Under the pieces are notes generated by a model that was not told the DNA's origin, did not search any database, and was given only the letters and a program-made list of their open reading frames with translations. The position numbers and the translations under genes are program-made. A stretch of DNA of 64,000 nucleotides from positions 1-64,000 of IMG/VR virus record IMGVR_UViG_3300032321_001056; one strand, given 5' to 3'. This document shows positions 17,780 through 27,494 of this stretch, in pieces. Numbering within the stretch: position 1 is the stretch's first letter; each line of letters begins with the position of its first letter. The stretch is from a virus. Taxonomy: Duplodnaviria; Caudoviricetes.

Positions 17780-17975
17780 TAATCATTCTTTCTATTTGAC
17801 TTTGTAATTCAAAAACTTTAGTTTGAAGATTATTAATAGTTTTAGTATTTGAGTCAACAATATCCAGAAGAATACTTGTTCGTTCATCAAATTCTTTTGC
17901 TATTTCAATAATGTTTAAACTTTCAATAGCAACTGTACCATTTTCTTTAGTATCAATCATATTCCACTTTGTCAC
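17772..17975 (-). CDS. hypothetical protein
   Basis: Packed ORF, coiled-coil C-terminus. Confidence 0.7.
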   Translation of the reverse strand: MTKWNMIDTKENGTVAIESLNIIEIAKEFDERTSILLDIVDSNTKTINNLQTKVFELQSQIERMING

Positions 17976-18175
17976 TTTGTTTCTTCTTTCACTAGTATTT
18001 TACAAATTTTTAATGCTTTATCTAGATTACGATTACCTTCATTAAGAATTTCACCGTTACGCATAATCCAACGGTAATCTTTTCTTCTAGAAATAGGAAT
18101 ATTCATTGAAATAGTTAGATTTTCTAATTCATTCAATAGTTGATTTATTTGGGTTTTGCCTAGTTCATCTTTCAC
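17972..18175 (-). CDS. hypothetical protein
   Basis: Packed ORF. Confidence 0.7.
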   Translation of the reverse strand: MKDELGKTQINQLLNELENLTISMNIPISRRKDYRWIMRNGEILNEGNRNLDKALKICKILVKEETK

Positions 18176-18675
18176 TTCATCCTCGCTAATTTCTTTACAT
18201 TTGAATTAATACGCTTATCAGTTTCTACTTTTTCAATTTCTGCTTTCTTAACATAAGAAATCAATTGGTCAATGTTTTTCTGATTTGCTTCTTCAATATA
18301 ACCATCAATTAATACATCAATACCCATTGATAAAATATCAATTACTGCTTTTACTTTTTCAATCTTTGATAAACGAATAAACCTACGGTCATCACCAAGG
18401 TTATAATCTACATTTTGTCTTGCTTTACGAATAGCAGTAATCTTAATCAATGCTTTGAGCATAACAATTTCTTCTGCTGTTTCATAAGTTTCACAAACTA
18501 AATCAAATGATGTATGAATTATTTCTTTGGCTTGTGGTTTTCTTCGGCTTAAGGTTGTCAAATCGTTAAGATTTACTTTGATAAATCCTTCACGCTCAAC
18601 CTTAGGCAATGGAATATGATATGCGTCAATGGTATCAATAAGATTACTGATATCGTTTAGATTAATTTTTGTCAT
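18172..18675 (-). CDS. hypothetical protein
   Basis: Packed ORF; internal KINLND/KVNLND repeat. Confidence 0.75.
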   Translation of the reverse strand: MTKINLNDISNLIDTIDAYHIPLPKVEREGFIKVNLNDLTTLSRRKPQAKEIIHTSFDLVCETYETAEEIVMLKALIKITAIRKARQNVDYNLGDDRRFIRLSKIEKVKAVIDILSMGIDVLIDGYIEEANQKNIDQLISYVKKAEIEKVETDKRINSNVKKLARMK

Positions 18676-19118
18676 GAGTTTTCCTTTTCATTATAGTAGT
18701 TGTTATAATATTCTTGTGTATATTCTTCTAAATTAACTTTTTTAGTATCTATTAACCAATTAATATAATTTTGTTTGCGTTCAATATCAAGCAATGACAC
18801 ACCATTTACTTTTGTGTTTTGGATATCAGTTCCAGCAAATCTATCTTTATTTATCGTAATAACTTTTGAACCAGTTGGAAACAATACTTTATCAAATTCA
18901 AATATGATATCGTTTGGATTATTTGGATTGTAATCAATATCAAGAACCTTAAAAGGAATATGACGATTATTTTTTAATAAATTAATTGGATCAACATGAA
19001 CTTCAGTACCAGCATCATAAATACCTATCCAATTAATTATATCTCCAATTTCTAAATTAGAAGCTGGGGTAAGATATTTATAATTACCATCTTTTGTAAT
19101 TTCAGAGTGGGTTTTCAT
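18672..19118 (-). CDS. hypothetical protein
   Basis: Packed ORF. Confidence 0.75.
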   Translation of the reverse strand: MKTHSEITKDGNYKYLTPASNLEIGDIINWIGIYDAGTEVHVDPINLLKNNRHIPFKVLDIDYNPNNPNDIIFEFDKVLFPTGSKVITINKDRFAGTDIQNTKVNGVSLLDIERKQNYINWLIDTKKVNLEEYTQEYYNNYYNEKENS

Positions 19119-19133
19119 TATTTATGCCTTTCG

Positions 19134-19490
19134 TTATTTAATAAGGTTAGCGGGATTGATATAACTTGAACCAACAATTGCCTTAGCGTTATGCTTACGC
19201 TTTGGACCAAATACTCGTTTAGAATAATCTGAGCCATCAGGATAAACTACTTCTACGCCATTTTTTTTGCAATCAATTAGAAATAACAATTGTAATAATT
19301 GATCAACATCAATTTCGTTATCTTTGTCGGTAACGGCAAACATACGGGTATCGTGATTATTAAACTCATACTTAAACTTAACAATAGTCCCATAATTTAG
19401 ATGACCATTTTCTATTTCTAAACCTAATAAACGAGTACGAATATGATTATCGTCAAGATTATCATCAGATTGTAAATTAAGATTTGACAT
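19134..19490 (-). CDS. hypothetical protein (first gene of the small-ORF cluster)
   Basis: AAGGAG RBS; follows the 440-bp intergenic region. Confidence 0.75.
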   Translation of the reverse strand: MSNLNLQSDDNLDDNHIRTRLLGLEIENGHLNYGTIVKFKYEFNNHDTRMFAVTDKDNEIDVDQLLQLLFLIDCKKNGVEVVYPDGSDYSKRVFGPKRKHNAKAIVGSSYINPANLIK

Positions 19491-19929
19491 AATTATCTCC
19501 TTTAGTATTTAGTTATTTATTTAGTTAATCAATTAATTATTTATTTCGGGACAGAAAAAAACCATAACATGAGTTTATCAGTTAATTTTATTGAAACTAC
19601 AGTAAGTGAAAAAGAATTTAAAAATTCTTTTTTTGGTGAGGAGAAACGACAATTGAATGTGCGTTAAAATGTGATCGCTTTGATAAATAGATTATGAAAG
19701 CGTTAGCTGAACAGATCAAAGCTCGCTTATGATATCTAATCCACGATCATGAGATTAGATTTAATGTGAAAACTACTTTTAAAATCGTTAATAGATTACT
19801 AAAGTCAATGGTTTAAAATACCATTAAAATTATTAACACCACCCTAATTTTATCATTATACTACGAAATTGAGTATATATTTTTCCTGGGTCTAGTGTTT
19901 CTAGAATAATTTACATTTTCAAGTGAAAA

Positions 19930-20754
19930 TTACTTTTTATCTACGAATGAAGCATTTCTTTCCAAAAAGCTCATCATAGTTCCCTCATATCTCATACGAC
20001 CTAAGTGAGTCATTTTAATTGCAGGATCAACCCAAACTTTTCCTTCAATATCCTGCCAATATCTACAGAAACCATAGTCTTCAGATAAGAATCTATTAAG
20101 ATGTGGATCAATGTATGAATTGAAGAATGCGTATGTCCAATTTCTTTCTTTATCATTTAGTGAACCAGTATCATCGTTATACTTTAGATGTGGATAGGCT
20201 TCAATTAATTTTGTAAAGACTTCTCTCTTGATAAGCATAAAGCCAGTTCCAGCATCAAAAATTTCAATAGCGCCATTGCTAACACTAAGCGAGTTATTCT
20301 CTTTATCCTTAACTGCGTTAACAACATATCTCAAACTATTACTCATTAGTTCTTCTGTTGGGATTCCAGCTTTTACATTTTGCTCTACGAGTTCCCAATT
20401 AATAGACTTAATTGGATAAGCACCAGTCATAATTTCTTTATCATGCCATAACATCTTAATAACATCTTCAGGTTCCCAGGCAATATCAGCATCAATAAAC
20501 ATCATATGAGTTAATTCATCTTGTGCCATAAACTTAGCGGACATGCTATTTCTAGCTCTATTAATTAAAGAGTCAGTAATTGTTGCTACAGCAAATCTAA
20601 TGTTATGATCTCTAAAATACATTAGAGTTTTAATAAGACTCATCATTGTCGGTTCGCTAATCAACTGATCATAGCAAGGAATAGCAAAAAGGACATTCCA
20701 GCTTCTCAATTGTTCGTTATTAATTTCTATTGATTGTGTTTCAAAAAGTGCCAT
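19930..20754 (-). CDS. GT-A fold glycosyltransferase-like protein
   Basis: SLINRARN...THMMFIDADI (DxD)...GTGFMLIKR...LSEDYGFC...H; start moved to MALFETQ, 6 nt after TATACT. Confidence 0.85.
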   Translation of the reverse strand: MALFETQSIEINNEQLRSWNVLFAIPCYDQLISEPTMMSLIKTLMYFRDHNIRFAVATITDSLINRARNSMSAKFMAQDELTHMMFIDADIAWEPEDVIKMLWHDKEIMTGAYPIKSINWELVEQNVKAGIPTEELMSNSLRYVVNAVKDKENNSLSVSNGAIEIFDAGTGFMLIKREVFTKLIEAYPHLKYNDDTGSLNDKERNWTYAFFNSYIDPHLNRFLSEDYGFCRYWQDIEGKVWVDPAIKMTHLGRMRYEGTMMSFLERNASFVDKK

Positions 20755-20770
20755 GCAAACAGTATACATA

Positions 20771-20806
20771 AAAAAATGGGCTGAGATTGCTCCCAGCCCA
20801 TTTTTT
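20771..20806 (-). terminator. rho-independent terminator (potentially bidirectional)
   Basis: TGGGCTGGGA-GCAA-TCTCAGCCCA flanked by A6 and T6-7. Confidence 0.85.
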
Positions 20807-20830
20807 ATTTATTTTCTTTGTAATTTATAA

Positions 20831-21178
20831 TTACTTAGTTTTTACAGCGCTCTTGACATTCTTAATGTCTTTAGCTTTCACCACTGCCTTTACGGGGGCG
20901 ATTGCGGTCTCTATTTCTGACATATTTGGAACACGGAAAAACAATGTCTGCTTTGTCTTATCAAAATGAATTTGAACATTGAAATTCAACTTCTTAGCTT
21001 GAGCACGAATTCTCTGTTGCATTGAATTGTACTTCTTACCTGGCTGAATACCTTCAATTGAGTAAGGCTTGCCATTCTCATTTGAGAGAATCAATGTGTC
21101 AATAATTGTCTGCAACTCTGCCGATGTGCGACCAGTTCTAGAAATTACTGGGAAATTCATTGCTTCTTTGATTTGCAT
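20831..21178 (-). CDS. hypothetical basic, possibly DNA-binding protein
   Basis: GGAG RBS; K/A/V-rich tail; own terminator. Confidence 0.75.
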   Translation of the reverse strand: MQIKEAMNFPVISRTGRTSAELQTIIDTLILSNENGKPYSIEGIQPGKKYNSMQQRIRAQAKKLNFNVQIHFDKTKQTLFFRVPNMSEIETAIAPVKAVVKAKDIKNVKSAVKTK

Positions 21179-21410
21179 TTTATTCTCCTAATTATGTGTA
21201 TGTGTACTGCCAATTGGCATGTAATAGACATTATCACCAACAAAACGCAAAGATGCAGTTTTCTGCATTTTTTTAATTAAAAATCTTTTTCGTTAATCTT
21301 TTGTGCAGCATTTAACTGAGCTATTAAGATAGCATTTTGAGTAGTTAACTCTGCAATTTTATCTGACAAAATCTTAATGACAAGCTGAACATCAACTTGT
21401 GTTTCATTTT

Positions 21411-23150
21411 TCATATATTCTCCAGCCATTTCTCTCCATCTTGAACTTCAATTTTGGTTTGCGTATATCCTGGGACAAACCCTCCCAAGTCATTATTATA
21501 CATCCTTACAGTACCAAAATCTTCCACATCATCATATTTCTCACTATCTGCATCAAACCCAATTATTTCTATCTCAACTTCTTGTTCTATTGCCATATTT
21601 TCAATTGCGTTAAATACAGAACCAGCCAATGCGTCAGCTAAGTCTTTTGAACCAGCATTAGGGTGATCAATTTTATTGTTAGAGAACAATCTTAACTTTA
21701 AAAGCTCTTCTTCAACTAATATATGATTCCAATAACCTCTAAGTCTTGTATCGTAAATTGATGTCATCAATGTATCATAATCAGTTTTCTTAACTGAGTG
21801 AAAGTCTGCATTAATACCTTGTGATCTTAAACTTTGAATCATTTCAATTGATTGCCAACGGTCAAATGTTACTTTTGCTACATCAAATCTCTTACACAAA
21901 TCAACTATTAATTGCCTTACTGACGCAAAGTTAATTTCTTCTCCTGGCGCTGCTTTCCATGAATGAACTAAGTCAACATTAATAATTGGTAAATGTTCAA
22001 CACCCATTGATGTTGTAATTTCTTTAAAGCCAGCGCAATGAGACATACATAAAGCTGTTCTATCTCTTTTAAATCCAAGGTCAATATGAATATATCTTCT
22101 ATGACCATCTGTATTATTAAACCACTTATGGAATCTACCTTCCTCATCCAATGGGTCATCGGCATACAAAAAAGCTTTTCTAACTTTTTCTTCATCTCTA
22201 AAGTATGCGTCTTCCATTGTTGGAGGTTCACATTCAAATCTTGATGCAGCTTCAATTGGATTTCTAATATATTCTGATTCTAATTGCTCTCTTTTAATTG
22301 TAGGATTAACTTCCCAAGTCGCTGCTTTAATTGACCAAGTTTTTGGTTCCTTTTTTTCTCTAGAATTGAAATATCTTTGCTGAATAAAGTCGCCTTTGTA
22401 ACGAGGGAATGATAGAAGAATTACTTTACCTATTTCTGGGAATCTGGACATAACGGATAATTTACTCATGTTATAAATTGCAGATGCAGATCCTTTTGAT
22501 CTAATCTCACCTTTTAATTCACTGTCTGTTTTAAAAGCTGAAATTTCATCCAAGATTACTGTTAATACTTCATAACCTTCCCAACCTTCAGATTCCGAGT
22601 GACCTGAGAATAATCTTACTGGGCGAGAAAAGAAAAATATTTCTGATACTCTTGGTTCAAACCCAACATTATTAAAAAAAGGAGATGATAGCAAAAGGTT
22701 CTTTAATGGTTCAAAGAACACTCTCTGAGCCTGCTGAGCGTTTACAGCAAGGTTTAGCAAGTCAATATAGACACCATGAGCCTTACCGTAATAGCCCAGG
22801 GGATCTCTTAAACAATGCAATAAGTAAACTGTGTAAGCCATAGATATTCTTGCACAATGGTCTTTCCCTGATCCCTTGCCTAACATGCAAATCACTTCAT
22901 TATCTGTATACTTGTTGTAATATTCCAATCCAGCTTCTTCACCATAAAGTTTTTGTAAAGTAGGTAATTTGAAAATCTGTGTGCTATGCTTTACGATCTC
23001 AAGCTGAATTTCAGATAGAGGCGGTAATCCTAAATAATGTTTGTCTTGAACAAAAGTTTCAATAGAGACAGGTTCTTCCATAAGTTCATCTTGACGGAGT
23101 AACCTATCAAAATCATTAAACTCAAGATTAATGCCGAGGAAATCAGACAT
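21411..23150 (-). CDS. terL: terminase large subunit
   Basis: Walker A-like GKGSGKD; Walker B VILDE; C-terminal RNase H-like IHIDL...TFDRWQS...DHP..GSKDLADA. Confidence 0.9.
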   Translation of the reverse strand: MSDFLGINLEFNDFDRLLRQDELMEEPVSIETFVQDKHYLGLPPLSEIQLEIVKHSTQIFKLPTLQKLYGEEAGLEYYNKYTDNEVICMLGKGSGKDHCARISMAYTVYLLHCLRDPLGYYGKAHGVYIDLLNLAVNAQQAQRVFFEPLKNLLLSSPFFNNVGFEPRVSEIFFFSRPVRLFSGHSESEGWEGYEVLTVILDEISAFKTDSELKGEIRSKGSASAIYNMSKLSVMSRFPEIGKVILLSFPRYKGDFIQQRYFNSREKKEPKTWSIKAATWEVNPTIKREQLESEYIRNPIEAASRFECEPPTMEDAYFRDEEKVRKAFLYADDPLDEEGRFHKWFNNTDGHRRYIHIDLGFKRDRTALCMSHCAGFKEITTSMGVEHLPIINVDLVHSWKAAPGEEINFASVRQLIVDLCKRFDVAKVTFDRWQSIEMIQSLRSQGINADFHSVKKTDYDTLMTSIYDTRLRGYWNHILVEEELLKLRLFSNNKIDHPNAGSKDLADALAGSVFNAIENMAIEQEVEIEIIGFDADSEKYDDVEDFGTVRMYNNDLGGFVPGYTQTKIEVQDGEKWLENI

Positions 23151-23161
23151 ATATTAATTCC

Positions 23162-23245
23162 GCTTTTTTACATAAGGCGATTTGAAAAGATCTCAAATTA
23201 TGAGCTTTTTTACATATGCGATTTTGAAAAGATCTCAAATTATGA
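23162..23245. repeat. tandem 42-bp direct repeat (2 copies) between the terminase genes
   Basis: gcttttttacataaggcgatttgaaaagatctcaaattatga / gcttttttacatatgcgattttgaaaagatctcaaattatga. Confidence 0.9.
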
Positions 23246-23839
23246 TTAATTTTCATCATCATCATGTTCAATTACATCCTCAACAATTTTTGTTGCTTTA
23301 CCGCTCATAATTTCAAATGCAATTTCAAGTTCTTTACGGACTTCATTTGCAATATCTGGGTACTTTGAAATAACATCACGCAAAATCTTTGACAGGATCT
23401 GATTAACATTCTCTGCTTTTTGCATTCTGGCAATGTATTCACCGTCAGTTTGGTTCCCGCCCATCAGTTTATGTAGCTGAGCTTTCTTTGTTGCCAAATC
23501 TCCAGCTAACTTAATAGCTTGAATTCTGGCTGCGACCATCCCATTGTCTGTTGCAATAGTAATGGTTTCCCAGGCTTCCTTGCTTAATTCATCAAATTCA
23601 GTAAGAGCTTTGATCGTATTAAACTGAACTTTTTCAAGGAAAAATGGATCTTCTTCAATTGTTTGATTTAAAATTAGTTTATATTCTTCAATATATTCTT
23701 TTATTTCATTTACAGGAATAGACATAAGAGTTGATATCTCTCTCATTGAATAACCCTTTACATGTAAAAGCCCGACTTGTTCAACATCTTTAATTTTTTC
23801 AATCAAGCTTTTTGTTTTAACTATTTCAATATCTGACAT
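23246..23839 (-). CDS. probable terminase small subunit
   Basis: Directly upstream of terL; N-terminal HTH (GYSMREISTLMSIPVNEIKEY) and helical body. Confidence 0.6.
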   Translation of the reverse strand: MSDIEIVKTKSLIEKIKDVEQVGLLHVKGYSMREISTLMSIPVNEIKEYIEEYKLILNQTIEEDPFFLEKVQFNTIKALTEFDELSKEAWETITIATDNGMVAARIQAIKLAGDLATKKAQLHKLMGGNQTDGEYIARMQKAENVNQILSKILRDVISKYPDIANEVRKELEIAFEIMSGKATKIVEDVIEHDDDEN

Positions 23840-24852
23840 AATCTATCTGCGTATCCTTTTGCAACCTTTTGCCAAGTCATATTTTTGTTTATATACACAG
23901 CTGATGAGTATGTCTTTTCCGACACCTCTTCGTAGTGCTTAGTTACATATAACATTTTATCACACAAATCATCGTAATCTGGCTTCGCCCAGTATCCAGC
24001 ATTTTCATATATACCAGACATCTTGTAATCAGAAAGAGAATAATTTAAAGGAATAGACATTTCTGCAAATTCTTCACATGCTGAAAAGTTAGTACATATT
24101 GTGGGAATACCTTTAGCAATAGCCTGGAATGGAATTAACCCCCATCCTTCTCCACTTGTCGGGTATAGGAGGCAATCTGCTCTATCATATATGGCAGCTA
24201 ATTCTTCAATTGATACTTTATTATCTATTACTTCAATTTGAGGATGATCTAAATTCTTTACTTCGCCAGAAACAATCATGCGAGCATCTGGGGGACCAGA
24301 AGATTTATAAATTAATTTGTAGTTGTCTTTACCAGAAAACAACTTAAGAAAAGCATCCACTGCTACTTGAGAATTCTTTCTTGTTGATGGAGAACCCATG
24401 CTTAAAAATGTAAATTGACTATGCGGTTTTCTTTTAATTGGAAAATAAAGCTGCTCATCAACGCCAAGATTAAAATTATAAACTGGCTTGAACACTCCGC
24501 TGTTAACAAAAACAGCCCGCATAAAATTAGATGTAGTCCATATCTCATCCATCTTATTGCATTGATTCACCCAATCATGCGGCAGCTTGTCAGTCTCCCA
24601 GTAAGAAAAACCTATATTATATTTTCCACTTGTGTTATAGGCTTCTGGTGTTGAATGATTTATTAAAATATCGGCATTAATATTATTTTTGTAAATATAC
24701 CCCATCTGAACATGATCTATCCAGTCTGGTCTTTTTGGCTCATCTTTGACTAACTGAATACCAGATTCGCTTATGCTCTTATATAAACTTGCAGAAGCAT
24801 CACCGTATCCTTCTCCAAACCTGGAGTTGCCGTTATCAGTCCAGACAATCAT
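23821..24852 (-). CDS. GT-B (family 4-like) glycosyltransferase
   Basis: RKNSQVAVDAF...YDRADCLLYPTSGEGWGLIPFQAIAKGIPTIC. Confidence 0.9.
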   Translation of the reverse strand: MIVWTDNGNSRFGEGYGDASASLYKSISESGIQLVKDEPKRPDWIDHVQMGYIYKNNINADILINHSTPEAYNTSGKYNIGFSYWETDKLPHDWVNQCNKMDEIWTTSNFMRAVFVNSGVFKPVYNFNLGVDEQLYFPIKRKPHSQFTFLSMGSPSTRKNSQVAVDAFLKLFSGKDNYKLIYKSSGPPDARMIVSGEVKNLDHPQIEVIDNKVSIEELAAIYDRADCLLYPTSGEGWGLIPFQAIAKGIPTICTNFSACEEFAEMSIPLNYSLSDYKMSGIYENAGYWAKPDYDDLCDKMLYVTKHYEEVSEKTYSSAVYINKNMTWQKVAKGYADRLCQILK

Positions 24853-25607
24853 TAATCCTCTACTTGAAAAGCTATTTTCTTTCCAGAGGCTTCGGATGCT
24901 TCTTTCAACTTAGGGAAGGGAAGACCATGAACTTTTGTATACTCAACTCTATAATTAAACCAGCCCTCTACGGCTCTCCACATTCTATCATCAGTCTTAT
25001 CTGCTAGGTCTTCTAAGTCTTCTGGTGACAACAGGAAACTCAAAACACCAAGCGGCATATACACAACAACATCGTAATTTGAATCTTTATCTTTTGAATA
25101 CTTCTTTAGCAAATTTTGAAATTGCTGCACCATATCTTGTACTGGAGTCCCAGAAAAATGTTCTACATTACCATAGACATTTCTTTCCCTAGGGCAGACA
25201 TCATCAACCCCAACAAAAGCTCCATAGCTTCTGCAAACAAGCGGTCTGAAGCCATAAATAGTGCAACCACCTTTGTAAAATGCACACTTACGATCAGTCT
25301 CCCCGCCAAACTGCCATTTTTCATCGTACATAGCATCTTTTAATGATTGCACAACTGAACCAAACCACTCGTCTGCATACTCTTTGCCTTTATTTTCTAA
25401 ATGCAAATAGAATTGCTGCGTAATGTTAAACGCAATATTGGCGCACTCTGTCATATGAATTGTTAAACCAATTGAACAACAATTTCCAGAACCAAGACAT
25501 TTGTATTTTGTCTTATTCTGGCTTGCCTCAATCATTCTTGCTTGGTTATAAACCATATCAAGCTCTGCGAAAATTCCTAGATCTCCTGCCGATACTTTTC
25601 TTTGCAT
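24852..25607 (-). CDS. YkgJ/FliB-like Cys-cluster (Fe-S/Zn) protein
   Basis: CLGSGNCC...KCAFYKGGCTIYGFRPLVCRSYG...CP. Confidence 0.8.
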   Translation of the reverse strand: MQRKVSAGDLGIFAELDMVYNQARMIEASQNKTKYKCLGSGNCCSIGLTIHMTECANIAFNITQQFYLHLENKGKEYADEWFGSVVQSLKDAMYDEKWQFGGETDRKCAFYKGGCTIYGFRPLVCRSYGAFVGVDDVCPRERNVYGNVEHFSGTPVQDMVQQFQNLLKKYSKDKDSNYDVVVYMPLGVLSFLLSPEDLEDLADKTDDRMWRAVEGWFNYRVEYTKVHGLPFPKLKEASEASGKKIAFQVED

Positions 25608-25900
25608 TATCTACCCATACCTTTCTTTTTTTGCTGCATTGACTTTCTCCTATCACGCTTCATTTGTTCAGCTTTCCTTTGCATTGGCGATTTTGGTTTC
25701 TTAGAAGTAGCGGACAAGTTTCTGCCCTTACCTCTAAATTTTAAAAGGTCGTACTTACTACACCAGTTGTAAAGACCTTGCGGAGTGATTTCAACATTGT
25801 AAGTCTGCTTTAGCAGCTTCACAATGTCAGTTAGATTCATCCGCTTCTTCACATAATGCTCATAGAGCCAGCTTTTGTCTTTATAAGGCTCAAGAGACAT
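25607..25900 (-). CDS. small HTH-type DNA-binding protein
   Basis: YKDKSWLYEHYVKKRMNLTDI...LYNW; basic tail. Confidence 0.65.
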   Translation of the reverse strand: MSLEPYKDKSWLYEHYVKKRMNLTDIVKLLKQTYNVEITPQGLYNWCSKYDLLKFRGKGRNLSATSKKPKSPMQRKAEQMKRDRRKSMQQKKKGMGR

Positions 25901-26453
25901 TAGATACCACCATTAAATAATACCAAAGTCCAATACCAATTGCGTCAACAATGTCATCATCTTTTAGATTTTCTTCTTCCATCTGGAAATAATCAGTAAT
26001 AATATCCCTGACACGATCTTTTCTTTCCTTCTTCTTCTTAGCTTCTGTGTCAAAAACTATTTTATCTGTTTTAGATATATTTTTATACCCGATTCCTCGC
26101 TTCCAAAGAATCGGGTTAATGTCCATAACTTTAAAACAATAACCCTGAACAATTCCCCAGGTGTAGCCAATTATATAAGATATAACCCTGCTTGTTTGAA
26201 AATTTTGTATATAAACTGATTGCTCAATAATAGTTACGCTAGGGTTATGCTTCTTACAAATTTCTTTTAGACCAGCATTAATTTCATTAAATTTTATAGA
26301 AATATCATTTGTTTTTGTAAATTTTATTTTACCGCAGTCAACAAGTTTAAGACCATTATTGAAATCAATAACAGCCCAGCCTAAAGAATGAGATGATGGA
26401 TCTATTGATAAAATTCTTTTATCATGAGAATTAACTATATTTTTAAGATTCAT
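25890..26453 (-). CDS. RuvC-like Holliday junction resolvase
   Basis: ILSIDPSSHSLGWAVI...IIEQ...DDDIVDAIGIG. Confidence 0.85.
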   Translation of the reverse strand: MNLKNIVNSHDKRILSIDPSSHSLGWAVIDFNNGLKLVDCGKIKFTKTNDISIKFNEINAGLKEICKKHNPSVTIIEQSVYIQNFQTSRVISYIIGYTWGIVQGYCFKVMDINPILWKRGIGYKNISKTDKIVFDTEAKKKKERKDRVRDIITDYFQMEEENLKDDDIVDAIGIGLWYYLMVVSNVS

Positions 26454-26761
26454 TATAGGCTATCCCTGACAGAGCCTTCTTCCCAACCCCAACCGACTAG
26501 CCTTTGAACATATCTTTCTCTTTTACATTTTTCACAGATATTTTCTTTATTATACCGTGACAATATAGTTTCACAACTTTTTGTTTTACAAATTCTTTTT
26601 TTATTTATGTTAGCTTTTTTTTCATAATAATTACTTAATAGCTTTGCATTTGTAACAATTCTTCTACATTCTGCTGAACAATAAATACTATTATAAGACT
26701 TAGCCTTAAAAGGTCTACTACAATCTAAATTTTTACATGTCCTTTCGTCATCATTAATCAC
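26453..26761 (-). CDS. double Zn-finger protein
   Basis: GTG start after a GGGGAG RBS; C....C...YCS.EC and C....CETILSRYN...C..C. Confidence 0.75.
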   Translation of the reverse strand: MINDDERTCKNLDCSRPFKAKSYNSIYCSAECRRIVTNAKLLSNYYEKKANINKKRICKTKSCETILSRYNKENICEKCKRERYVQRLVGWGWEEGSVRDSL

Positions 26762-27494
26762 TGTCTCCCCAGCATAAAGCAGCCACATTACAATCTGAAC
26801 AATGCTTAGATGTTCTTTTGTACGGTCTGTCGGGGATATTACCGCTAGTGTAATTCCCATAAATATCTCTGTATTTCTTAAAGAGCTTGTCTATGAAAGC
26901 CTGGTCTTTTTCAATATAAATAGGAAGAATTTCTTGATTGTTCTTGCATTCATAAATAACAAAACCGCCATCTAAATTCAAGCACTCCATATAAATCTGA
27001 GCCTGTCTATAATGCTCATCCTTTGGCTTGTTGTACAGCTTTCTGTAATGGAATCCTTCTGAGCTAATTGATTTTAATTCAATCAATTTTTCCCCATGCC
27101 AGTTAATAATTCCGTCTGCCGTTCCCTCAATCGGGGGCGATGAATAAGTAACAGGGATTTCTTCGGCTACCAAGATACCCATTTCTCTAAAATATCCGTA
27201 CAGCCTGTCATGAACAGCATGACCATTATCAAAAATCCTAAGCGTTTGCGCTCTAAAATCTGGAGTCACGCTAACCCCATCAAACATATAATACCAATAG
27301 CGTGAGCATTGGTTGGTATAGCTTGGGTGGAAACCTTTGACTTTTTTAAACTCTGGCTTATTTCTTTCCGTCAAACTTTCGTCAATAGCTTTATTCAAAC
27401 TATCTACTAACTGAGCGGTAGTAAAGCTCTCCTCTGGAACTTCCACTGCAACTTCTACTGGCTTTGGGTTCCTCAATACTTTTAGTGATTTCAT
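26754..27494 (-). CDS. Cas4-like/PD-(D/E)XK exonuclease
   Basis: HPSYTNQCSR, GHAVH, GTADG, IELKS, QAQIY and C-terminal CSDC...C (1+3 Cys pattern). Confidence 0.85.
   Translation of the reverse strand: MKSLKVLRNPKPVEVAVEVPEESFTTAQLVDSLNKAIDESLTERNKPEFKKVKGFHPSYTNQCSRYWYYMFDGVSVTPDFRAQTLRIFDNGHAVHDRLYGYFREMGILVAEEIPVTYSSPPIEGTADGIINWHGEKLIELKSISSEGFHYRKLYNKPKDEHYRQAQIYMECLNLDGGFVIYECKNNQEILPIYIEKDQAFIDKLFKKYRDIYGNYTSGNIPDRPYKRTSKHCSDCNVAALCWGDSD

Noticed and set aside
23162-23245. Possible CRISPR mini-array (direct repeats; Cas4-like gene about 3.5 kb away)
   Set aside because: The two units are directly adjacent with no spacer, and there are no cas1/cas2 or effector genes; the Cas4-like protein is a common solo phage nuclease
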